A DNA stretch of 63,337 nucleotides from positions 1 to 63,337 of the IMG/VR virus record IMGVR_UViG_3300017747_003155; one strand, written 5' to 3'. Below the pieces are notes generated by a model, which saw only the letters and a program-made list of their open reading frames with translations, made no database searches and was not told the origin of the DNA. Made by a program: the position numbers and the translations under genes. This document shows, one piece after another, positions 28,251-35,863 of the stretch (positions are counted from its first letter, which is position 1; every line of letters starts with the position of its first letter). This DNA is from a virus (Duplodnaviria > Caudoviricetes).

Positions 28251-29006
28251 ATGCTCAAAAAATCCTATTCGTCGGAGGCCGAAATCCCAGAAGGCCACAA
28301 AGCGTTCTATGCCGAGAAAGATGGCAAGTGGGTGCTGCAAGTTGAAGGCATGGTCGACGCCGACCGCCTGAAGGAATTCCGTGACGAGAACATCCGGCTC
28401 AAGCAAGAGCAGGAAAAGTTCAAGGACGTTGACCCGGCCAAGTACGCCGACCTGCTCGCGCGGTCGAAAGACCTCGAAGACGGCAAGCTGGTGAAGGCCG
28501 AGGGTCTGGAGGCCGCCGTGAACAAGCGTGTGGCCGAGGCGAAGGCCGCTGCCGAAAAGGCGGTGGCGGAAGCGAACAAGCGGGCCGACGAAGCCCAAGC
28601 TGCCCTCGCCCGCCAGCAGACCGCGATCGCGCTCCGTGACGCCGGCTCGAAGTTCGGTGTCCGCAAGGAAGCGATCGCTGACCTCGAACTGCGCGGCTCT
28701 GCGGCGCTGAAACTGGTCGACGGCAAGCTGATCGCGCACGACCCGATTTCCGGCCAAGCCCTGTATGACGACGATGCCCAACCGATGTCGCATGAGAAGT
28801 GGGTGGCGAAACTCACGAAGGAAGCCCCGCACCTTTTCGAGCAGTCCGCCGGCGCGGGCGCTCCCGGTTCCGGTGGATCTGGCGGTGGCTTCAGCGGCCT
28901 GAACCCATGGGCCTCGAAGACCATGAACCTGACCGAGCAGGGGCGCATCCTGAAGGAAAACCCCGCGCTGGCCCAACGCCTGAAAACCGCCGCCGGGGTC
29001 GCGTAG
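28251..29006 (+). CDS. Capsid scaffolding protein
   Basis: 'FY.EKDGKWVLQVEG...LKEFRDENI', coiled coil, 'APHLF...GAGA.G...NPW...NLTEQGRI'. Confidence 0.85.
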   Translation: MLKKSYSSEAEIPEGHKAFYAEKDGKWVLQVEGMVDADRLKEFRDENIRLKQEQEKFKDVDPAKYADLLARSKDLEDGKLVKAEGLEAAVNKRVAEAKAAAEKAVAEANKRADEAQAALARQQTAIALRDAGSKFGVRKEAIADLELRGSAALKLVDGKLIAHDPISGQALYDDDAQPMSHEKWVAKLTKEAPHLFEQSAGAGAPGSGGSGGGFSGLNPWASKTMNLTEQGRILKENPALAQRLKTAAGVA

Positions 29007-29008
29007 CC

Positions 29009-29302
29009 ATGGCCGATCCAATCCGCCTTCCGTTCATGAAGGACACCCTCGGGGCTCCCGAGGGACAGCAGGAAGAGGTCGGGGTATTGCCCTGCCATCG
29101 GTCCACGAATGCCGTCCTGTCGGCGTGGCGCCTGAGCCCGGAAGAACTCGCGCACGTTCAGAAGACCGGCGTGGTGCTGGTCCACATCATGGGTTCGACG
29201 CACGCCCCGCTCGCGGTCGGCGTGATGGCGCCCGAAGAAAAACGTGCGACGGCCCTTGACGCCCCTGCCCCCAGTGGTACGGGTGGCGTGTCGCAACTCT
29301 GA
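29009..29302 (+). CDS. Conserved phage hypothetical protein between scaffold and capsid
   Basis: 'LP..R....S.W.LS.EEL......G.V...I.G..H.P'. Confidence 0.65.
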   Translation: MADPIRLPFMKDTLGAPEGQQEEVGVLPCHRSTNAVLSAWRLSPEELAHVQKTGVVLVHIMGSTHAPLAVGVMAPEEKRATALDAPAPSGTGGVSQL

Positions 29303-29400
29303 GCGCCCCGGTGGGGTGTTCGGCCATCCGGTGGGTGGTGAATCCAGCGAACTCCTTTGCCGGGGTTCTGCCTCGGCTCAACCAAACCAAACACACCTTT

Positions 29401-30405
29401 ATGGCCAAGACCCTGATCACCGATGTGGTGGTGCCGGAAATCTACATTCCGTACCACCTTGAACTGACCGCGCAAAAATCGAAGCTGGTTCAATCCGGCA
29501 TTCTGGTCCGCGACGGTCAAATGGACGGACTCGCTTCCGGCGGCGGACGAATCGTCACCATGCCGTTCTGGCAAGACCTCTCGGGCGATTCCGAGATCAT
29601 GAGCGAATCCGCGCCGCTGACCCCGGCCAAGATCGCCGCGACCTCCGACGCTGCCCGGATCCAGAACCGCGCCAAGTCGTGGTCGACCTCCGACCTCGCT
29701 GGCCACCTTGCTGGTTCCGACCCGATGCGCGCCATCGCTGGCCTGACCTCCAGTTGGCAAGCGCGGGATGACCAGACGATCGTTCTCGCGATCCTCAAGG
29801 GCATCTTCGCCGACGCCACCATGAGCGGCAGCGTGCTCGACATCGGCATCACGACCGGCACCGTCGACCAAGACAACTGCCTGACCGCCTCCACCTTCAT
29901 CGACGCCCAGCAACTGATGGGTGACTCGAAGGAGTTGCTGACCGGCATCATGATGCACTCGGCCACCGAGGCGTTCCTGAAGAAGCAAGACCTGATCGAG
30001 TACATCAAGGACTCCGAAGGTGGTGCGACCTACGCCTCGTTCCGCGGTCTGCGGGTCATCACCGACGACACCTGCCCAGTCGATACCTCGGGCGATGTCG
30101 ACAAATACACCACCTACCTGTTCGGCCAAGGCGCGCTGGCGTGGGGTGTGGACACCAGCCCTCGCCCACTGGACGGCGGCTTCGGCAACCACTACCTCGA
30201 ATACGCCCGCGAGTCCCTGTCGCACGAATCCTACCTCATCATGCGCCGCTGGTTCATCATGCACCCTCGCGGTGTGAAGTGGGCCGACGGTTCCGTGGCC
30301 GGCACCAGCCCGACCAACTCCGAACTCGAAAGCGCCGCCAACTGGGTGCGCGTGTACGAGCGCAAGAACGTGCGGATCGTCAAGGTCGCGCACAACATCC
30401 TCTAA
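29401..30405 (+). CDS. Major capsid protein
   Basis: 'TLITDVVVPE...SGI...MPFWQDL', 'GSDPMRAI', 'MHSA', 'HPRG', 'NWVRVYERKNVRI'; position in the head module. Confidence 0.9.
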   Translation: MAKTLITDVVVPEIYIPYHLELTAQKSKLVQSGILVRDGQMDGLASGGGRIVTMPFWQDLSGDSEIMSESAPLTPAKIAATSDAARIQNRAKSWSTSDLAGHLAGSDPMRAIAGLTSSWQARDDQTIVLAILKGIFADATMSGSVLDIGITTGTVDQDNCLTASTFIDAQQLMGDSKELLTGIMMHSATEAFLKKQDLIEYIKDSEGGATYASFRGLRVITDDTCPVDTSGDVDKYTTYLFGQGALAWGVDTSPRPLDGGFGNHYLEYARESLSHESYLIMRRWFIMHPRGVKWADGSVAGTSPTNSELESAANWVRVYERKNVRIVKVAHNIL

Positions 30406-30423
30406 GCCATAACCGGCTGAACC

Positions 30424-30460
30424 GGGGGGTGGGTGGGGAAATCCTGCCCACCCCCTTTTC
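30424..30460 (+). terminator. Intrinsic terminator after the capsid gene
   Basis: GGGGGTGGGTGG...CTGCCCACCCCC followed by TTTT. Confidence 0.7.
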
Positions 30461-30480
30461 ACATCCAACCATCTATTCCA

Positions 30481-31122
30481 ATGCGTTTTCTCAAGAAAGT
30501 CTCTGACATTGTTCGCCGTCTGCACGTCCGGGCCGCCGCCCCGACGGTAGGCATTCTTCGGATCGCTTCGAACGTCGCTGACGGTGAAACCATCACTGTC
30601 GGCACCACGGTTTTCGAGGTCGACACCAATGCGGCCATCACCGCCGGCCGTGTCGCCGTCGACTGCTCCGGTGGCGTCACCCCGACCCTGTTCGGGACCG
30701 CCTTCGTGGCCGCCTTCAACGCACAGAACCTCGGTCTGCTCGCGGTGAAGATCAGCGCCAACGTCGTGGTGATCTACGACAACACCCCGGGCGGTGGAGC
30801 GACCCTCGCGACCACCGAAACTCTGGCCGGCGCCAACAACGGATGGGGTGCTGCCACCCTCGTCAAAGTCGGCGTCCCGCAAGACGAGTTCAGCACCGTC
30901 ATCCAGTCCCGCGCCGCGAACGCGGTCGAGGAAGCGGCCGAAGTCATGGTGTTCGGGTTCCCGTTTGCCCCGACCGCCTACACGGTCGACGTCCGCACCG
31001 CGGCCGGTGTGGCGCGAGCGTGGGACGGCGCAGTCACGGTCTCGGGCAACCTGCTTGTCCTGACCTCCAGCGGCACCACCGACATCGTCAACACGAACGT
31101 CGTGACCGTCGTCGCCCGATAA
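30481..31122 (+). CDS. Virion structural protein (head decoration-like)
   Basis: Beta-rich Thr/Ala/Val composition, 'DGETITVG', located right after the capsid gene. Confidence 0.6.
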   Translation: MRFLKKVSDIVRRLHVRAAAPTVGILRIASNVADGETITVGTTVFEVDTNAAITAGRVAVDCSGGVTPTLFGTAFVAAFNAQNLGLLAVKISANVVVIYDNTPGGGATLATTETLAGANNGWGAATLVKVGVPQDEFSTVIQSRAANAVEEAAEVMVFGFPFAPTAYTVDVRTAAGVARAWDGAVTVSGNLLVLTSSGTTDIVNTNVVTVVAR

Positions 31123-31153
31123 CTCCAACCCTGAAACCCCCGACCATTTTCCC

Positions 31154-31306
31154 ATGCCCTACGCTGCCATTGCCTTTCAGGAAAAAACGACCGGCGAGAT
31201 CCGGATCGCTCACTATTTCAGCCCGACCAAGTCGCCGTTCTGGACGACTCCCTTCGGGGTGACGGTGGACGCACCGGGGACGATCGCGAACTGGAAGGTG
31301 TGCTGA
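31154..31306 (+). CDS. Small hypothetical protein, 50 aa
   Basis: MPYAAIAFQEK...; fills the gap, CCCATG start context. Confidence 0.45.
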   Translation: MPYAAIAFQEKTTGEIRIAHYFSPTKSPFWTTPFGVTVDAPGTIANWKVC

Positions 31307-31347
31307 TCGCTTGATTTCAGCCCACCCACGAATGAGGATGGCGGACC

Positions 31348-31689
31348 ATGAGCAACCACACTCCAGTCCGCTATCCTCTGCCTCCCGGCCACACGGTCAT
31401 CGAGACCTTCAAGCCTCGGAAACCCCAGCCGGTCATCGACCTCGCTGCCGAGGTTGCAAAACGCAAGGCTCGCGCCGAAGCCCAAAAGGCCGCAGAATCG
31501 CGCCAGAGCGCGCCAGACCCCCCGAGGGTGGAAACTACCACCCCCACCCCTGAAACGCCGGCTCCTGCCAGCGTGGACGAAAGCCCGGCCCCCGTGGTCG
31601 AACTTCCCCCTCCAGACCTCGACCTCTCAGACTTTCCCGGCGCAGAATCGCCCGCGGCCCGCAAGGCCAAGCTCCGCAAAACCACCTAA
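31348..31689 (+). CDS. Pro-rich hypothetical protein
   Basis: Low-complexity ORF in the head-neck region. Confidence 0.6.
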   Translation: MSNHTPVRYPLPPGHTVIETFKPRKPQPVIDLAAEVAKRKARAEAQKAAESRQSAPDPPRVETTTPTPETPAPASVDESPAPVVELPPPDLDLSDFPGAESPAARKAKLRKTT

Positions 31690-31692
31690 GCC

Positions 31693-32226
31693 ATGCCTGT
31701 CACTGTCATCGTTGAAGACGGAACCATCGTCACGGATGCCAATTCCTACGTCGACCCGACGGCGGCGGTGGCGACCGATTACTTTGCCGCGCACCTGTGG
31801 GCGACCGCATGGACGGCGGCGACTGCCGACCAGAAGGCCGGGGCCGTCATCATGGCGACTCGCTACATTGACGACCTCATCACATGGAAGGGGAATCGGG
31901 TGGAGTCGACCCAGCCCCGCGCGTGGCCACGGGAGAACATTTACCTGAACGGCGATTGGCTGGCCGACGATGCGATCCCGCTCGACATCCAGCACGCGGT
32001 GCTGGAAACCGCGCTGGCGTTCCTGACCGGCAACCGGGTGTCGGACACCGCGAAGTCCGCCGGGGTTTCGAGCATCGCGCTCGGTAACGGGGCGCTCGGG
32101 CTCGAATTCAACCAGCCTGACCCGACCCGCAACCTGCCGATCATCCCGAATCAGGTCATGATGTCGCTGCTCAAGTATGGCGGCTCGATCGAAGGCGGGT
32201 TCCGGCAAATCCCAGTCTCACGCTAA
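31693..32226 (+). CDS. Head-tail adaptor (DnaT-like phage family)
   Basis: 'IVEDGT...ANSYV', 'ATRYID', 'WKG.R....Q.RAWPR', 'IP.DI'. Confidence 0.85.
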   Translation: MPVTVIVEDGTIVTDANSYVDPTAAVATDYFAAHLWATAWTAATADQKAGAVIMATRYIDDLITWKGNRVESTQPRAWPRENIYLNGDWLADDAIPLDIQHAVLETALAFLTGNRVSDTAKSAGVSSIALGNGALGLEFNQPDPTRNLPIIPNQVMMSLLKYGGSIEGGFRQIPVSR

Positions 32227-32609
32227 TGGCCCTCGACATCCCAGCCATCGCAGCGTCGGGCGTGGCGACCGCATGGTCGGTCGCTGAGTCCGTCCTGACC
32301 GACATCACGGTCCGGCAAGGCCCGACCCCGACCTACGACCCGGCCACGGACGAGACCACGATCGTCTGGGCCGACGAGACCACGGGCAAAAAGGCCCTGC
32401 TGTACCTCCCGAAGACCGAAGAAGTCGACGCTGCCGACCACAATGCCTTCGTGGAAGGGCGGATGAAATTCATGCTGGTGCGGGTGGCTGACTTCCCTGA
32501 CCCGATCCTGAATGACTCCGAGGTCGAAATCGACTCGGTCATCTGGCAGGTGAAGTCCAACCAACCCGACCCCTCGAACACGATCAACGTCCTGACCCTG
32601 CTGCGATGA
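32226..32609 (+). CDS. Head closure / neck protein
   Basis: 'TYDP.T' motif, size and synteny. Confidence 0.65.
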   Translation: MALDIPAIAASGVATAWSVAESVLTDITVRQGPTPTYDPATDETTIVWADETTGKKALLYLPKTEEVDAADHNAFVEGRMKFMLVRVADFPDPILNDSEVEIDSVIWQVKSNQPDPSNTINVLTLLR

Positions 32610-33025
32610 TTTCCTTCAAGAACATGCGGCAGTTTGATGTCGACCTTGACGCCTTCGCGAACAAGCTCGGGATCGCTCGCAAGACCGTCTACCGCAAGGT
32701 GACGGTCGACTTGTGGACCAGCATCACCTTCGCGACCCCGGTGGACACCGGCCGCGCTCGGGCCTCATGGAACATCGCCAGCGGGACCCCGGACCCGAGT
32801 GTGCCGGATGAAGGCGTCACGTTCGCGAGCCCACCGCAACTCGACACCGCCGAAGTCGGGAAGATCACCGGCGAGACGGTGGTCTGGATCACCAGCAATC
32901 TCCCGTACATCGAACCCCTCGAACACGGACACTCAAAGCAAGCCCCGATCGGGATGGTGATGGTTTCGGTGGCGGAAGTCGTCGCCCGCATCCAACTCTA
33001 CAACGAACAGACCATCACCCAATGA
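32606..33025 (+). CDS. Neck protein (HK97 gp10-like)
   Basis: 'TPVDTGRARASW', 'NLPYIEPLEHGHSKQAP.GMV'. Confidence 0.9.
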   Translation: MISFKNMRQFDVDLDAFANKLGIARKTVYRKVTVDLWTSITFATPVDTGRARASWNIASGTPDPSVPDEGVTFASPPQLDTAEVGKITGETVVWITSNLPYIEPLEHGHSKQAPIGMVMVSVAEVVARIQLYNEQTITQ

Positions 33026-33426
33026 GCTTCGAAGTCACCCGTTCCACCGTCGCCAGCTACTTCTTCGACGAATGGGACCAGAGCGTCCTTCCGGTCATCC
33101 CGGAGAACAAACCCGCACCGGTCCAGACCGGCGCGTGGGGGCGCTTTTCGATCCTGCAAGGGGCGACTGAGCCAATGGAGATTGGCCGGGCGAGTGTGCG
33201 CGGGGTCGGATTTGCGGTGCTGCAGGTGTTCGTCCCTGAGGCCGGCGGCAGCAAAACCTTCACGGATGTCGCGGACGAATTCGCCGACATCTTCGACCTG
33301 CTCCGACTTTCCTCGCCCCCCACCTATATCGTCTTCGGGACCGCTTCGATCGTCGAAGCCGGGACGACGAAAGGTTGGATCCAGAAAAACATCCGGGTGG
33401 ATTTTCGGCGCGACACGCACGCTTGA
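33022..33426 (+). CDS. Tail terminator-like protein
   Basis: Synteny; 'G...LQVFVP..G...AD....F'. Confidence 0.7.
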   Translation: MSFEVTRSTVASYFFDEWDQSVLPVIPENKPAPVQTGAWGRFSILQGATEPMEIGRASVRGVGFAVLQVFVPEAGGSKTFTDVADEFADIFDLLRLSSPPTYIVFGTASIVEAGTTKGWIQKNIRVDFRRDTHA

Positions 33427-33456
33427 TTTTCCGCCCCCACCCACCACCCTACGACC

Positions 33457-34995
33457 ATGGCCACCACAGACGCTAACTACACCAGTCTCGCCTACGATCA
33501 GGAAACCTCTTACGGTGTCCTGCCGGGCTCCCCACAATTCCGCGCGCTTCGCCTGACCGGCGAAACACTCGGCCACGCCAAGGAAACCATCACCAGCGCC
33601 GAACTTCGCTCGGACCGTCAGGTGCCGGACATGGCCGAAGTCGGATCGAGCGCGAGCGGCGGGTTCAACTTCGAGTTGTCCCACCTTGCGTTCCGCGATT
33701 TCTTCGAGGCGCTTCTGTGCGGGACTTGGGTGGACTACAACATTTCGGCCGTATCGGGCGACTTCGACGCATCGTCCAGCACCTTCACCGCCACCACGCC
33801 GGGCGACCTCGCGGATGTGCCTGTCGGTGGTTTCGTCAAGTTGGCTGGCGCGACCGCCACCGGCAACAACGGCATCAAGCGGGTCATCGCGAATGACGGC
33901 GATGTCGTGACCTTTGCGGCTGGCGCGATCGCCGCGGACGCCACCGGGGAGTCGATCGACTTCACCTGCAAGGACCTCCGCAACGGTACCACCCGCCGTT
34001 CGTACACGTTCGAGCGCCAGTTGGTCAATTCGTCCGACCAGACCTACTACCAGACGTACCCCGGTTGCTACATCGGGCAGGGGACGCTGAACGTCGAGTC
34101 GAAGCAGATCATCACCGGCACCTTCAACGTGCTCGGGAAGTTCGGCGAAACCGACACCGTGTCGCTGAACACGAATGGCCTCGCGGCCGCCACCGGCACC
34201 CTGACCGCCACCGGCAATCCGTCCGACGGCGACACGGTCACGATCAACGGCAAGGTCTACACCTTCCAGACCACCCTGACGAACTCGAACGGCAACGTGT
34301 TCATCGGCGTGTCGGCATCCGCAACGCTCGACAACCTGATCGCGGCGATCAACCTCGCGGTCGGGGCCGGGACGACCTATGCGGCCGCCACCACCCTGCA
34401 CCCGACCGTCAGCGCCGCCGCCGGCGCGGGCGATACCATGACCGCGACCGCGAAGACCGCGGGCACCGCCGGCAATGCGCTCACGACCACCAAGTCCTCG
34501 ACCAACCTCGCGTGGGGCGCCGCGACCCTGACCGGTGGCACCGCCCACACCTACCTCGCCGCTCACCCGGGCGACATCCTGAACGGCACCAGCAACCTCG
34601 GAACCATCCAAGGGACCGCCGGCACCTTCACGGACAAGCTCCGCATCTTCGCCTTCGATGTGAACAACAACCTCCGGGGCAAGGACGCCTTGGGCGAGTT
34701 GGGCAACTTCGAGGTCGGACTGGGCACCTTCAGCGTGACCGGGAACATCAGTGCGTACTTCGCCAACAACACGCTGTACCAAGCCCTGATCGACCACGAC
34801 GACAATGCCATCGGGATCACCCTGACGGACGGCGACGGCAACACGATCGCGTTCACGTTCCCACGGATCAAGTGGGGCGCGGGCAACCCGAACGCGACCG
34901 GGATCAACACCGACGTCATGCTCGACATCGACTTCACGGCCATCCGCGACCCGGACACTGGCGTGACGATGATCGTGAATGCTTTCGATGCGTAG
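33457..34995 (+). CDS. Major tail tube protein with inserted beta-rich accessory domains
   Basis: 'LAY..ET.YG', 'LRLTGETL', 'S.ELRSDRQ', 'SYTFERQ', 'VTGNISAYF', 'FP.IK'. Confidence 0.9.
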   Translation: MATTDANYTSLAYDQETSYGVLPGSPQFRALRLTGETLGHAKETITSAELRSDRQVPDMAEVGSSASGGFNFELSHLAFRDFFEALLCGTWVDYNISAVSGDFDASSSTFTATTPGDLADVPVGGFVKLAGATATGNNGIKRVIANDGDVVTFAAGAIAADATGESIDFTCKDLRNGTTRRSYTFERQLVNSSDQTYYQTYPGCYIGQGTLNVESKQIITGTFNVLGKFGETDTVSLNTNGLAAATGTLTATGNPSDGDTVTINGKVYTFQTTLTNSNGNVFIGVSASATLDNLIAAINLAVGAGTTYAAATTLHPTVSAAAGAGDTMTATAKTAGTAGNALTTTKSSTNLAWGAATLTGGTAHTYLAAHPGDILNGTSNLGTIQGTAGTFTDKLRIFAFDVNNNLRGKDALGELGNFEVGLGTFSVTGNISAYFANNTLYQALIDHDDNAIGITLTDGDGNTIAFTFPRIKWGAGNPNATGINTDVMLDIDFTAIRDPDTGVTMIVNAFDA

Positions 34996-35022
34996 CGTTT
35001 CGGGGGTTTCACTACGCATCGG

Positions 35023-35059
35023 ACGGCGGCACCTATTCTGGGTGCCGCCGTTTTCGTTT
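35023..35059 (+). terminator. Intrinsic terminator after the tail tube gene
   Basis: ACGGCGGCACC-N7-GGTGCCGCCGT followed by TTTCGTTT. Confidence 0.8.
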
Positions 35060-35094
35060 GACGATCCAGCCGGCGCAGCGACGATCCGGCCACC

Positions 35095-35502
35095 ATGGAC
35101 ATCTCCAAATTCAAAGTCGCCGAGGACAAAAAGGAAGGCACTTGGTTCAGCTACGAAGGCGCGGAATTCCTGATCGCCTACGCGCACCGCCCGACGTTCT
35201 ATCGGGTCAGCGCCCGGATCAATCGGCGCTACCCCGAGCACAAGATCAAAGCTGATCCTGCGCTGAAACTCCGCAACGGGTGCGAAATCATGGCCGAGTG
35301 CATCCTGCTCGACTGGAAGGGGGTGAAGGACGGCGACAAGACGATTCCGTTCACGACCGACAACGCCCTGAAACTCCTGATGGAGATCGAGCCGTTCCGC
35401 GAATGGGTCGCCGAGACCTCCCGCTCCCTGACCGAATTCCAACAGGAGGCAGACGCGGAGGACGCGAAAGCCTTGAAAAGCGGCACTGGCGTGGAGTCTT
35501 AA
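35095..35502 (+). CDS. Tail assembly chaperone (G)
   Basis: 'EG.W', 'ILLDWKGV.....IPFT..NA..LL'; lies between tube and tape measure. Confidence 0.85.
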   Translation: MDISKFKVAEDKKEGTWFSYEGAEFLIAYAHRPTFYRVSARINRRYPEHKIKADPALKLRNGCEIMAECILLDWKGVKDGDKTIPFTTDNALKLLMEIEPFREWVAETSRSLTEFQQEADAEDAKALKSGTGVES

Positions 35503-35824
35503 GTGGGGGAAGGATGAATCGTTCCTACGCGAACTCGAAGAGGACGGTCGGGAAGTCCCGGCGCTTGCCGAACGACCGTCACTCACGGGAGTCCAAGACG
35601 CGGCCCTCGAACTGTTCTGGATGCTCTCAGCCGGGCGTCCAGTCGCGTTCGGGCCCGGACCGATCCCGGCCTCGGACATCCTGATGGTGGGGGAAGTTCA
35701 CGGTTTTCCCCTGCCGTGGTTCTACCGGATGATGCGGGCGCTGGATCACGAATTCTTGCTCGACTCGATCGACAAGAAAAAGTCGAAGGAGAAGGCCGCC
35801 CCACCGCCGCGCCGCAAACGATGA
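35477..35824 (+). CDS. Tail assembly chaperone extension (T), in the +1 frame of G
   Basis: Frame open from 35477: KAALAWSLKWG...PALAERP.L...FW.LS.GR..FG.GPIP.SDI; first ATG only at 35621. Confidence 0.75.
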   Translation, partial: KAALAWSLKWGKDESFLRELEEDGREVPALAERPSLTGVQDAALELFWMLSAGRPVAFGPGPIPASDILMVGEVHGFPLPWFYRMMRALDHEFLLDSIDKKKSKEKAAPPPRRKR

Positions 35825-35863
35825 CCTGTTGCGGCTGGTGCCCCAGCGGGCTATCAGTCCGCC

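Noticed and set aside
29311-29400. N-terminal extension of the capsid protein from GTG 29311
   Set aside because: The region looks like a structured leader; the family-typical N-terminus begins at ATG 29401.
32998-35679. Very long minus-strand ORFs (also 29158..31155, 59206..61296, 41049..42791)
   Set aside because: Antisense shadows of high-GC3 plus-strand genes with no protein motifs.
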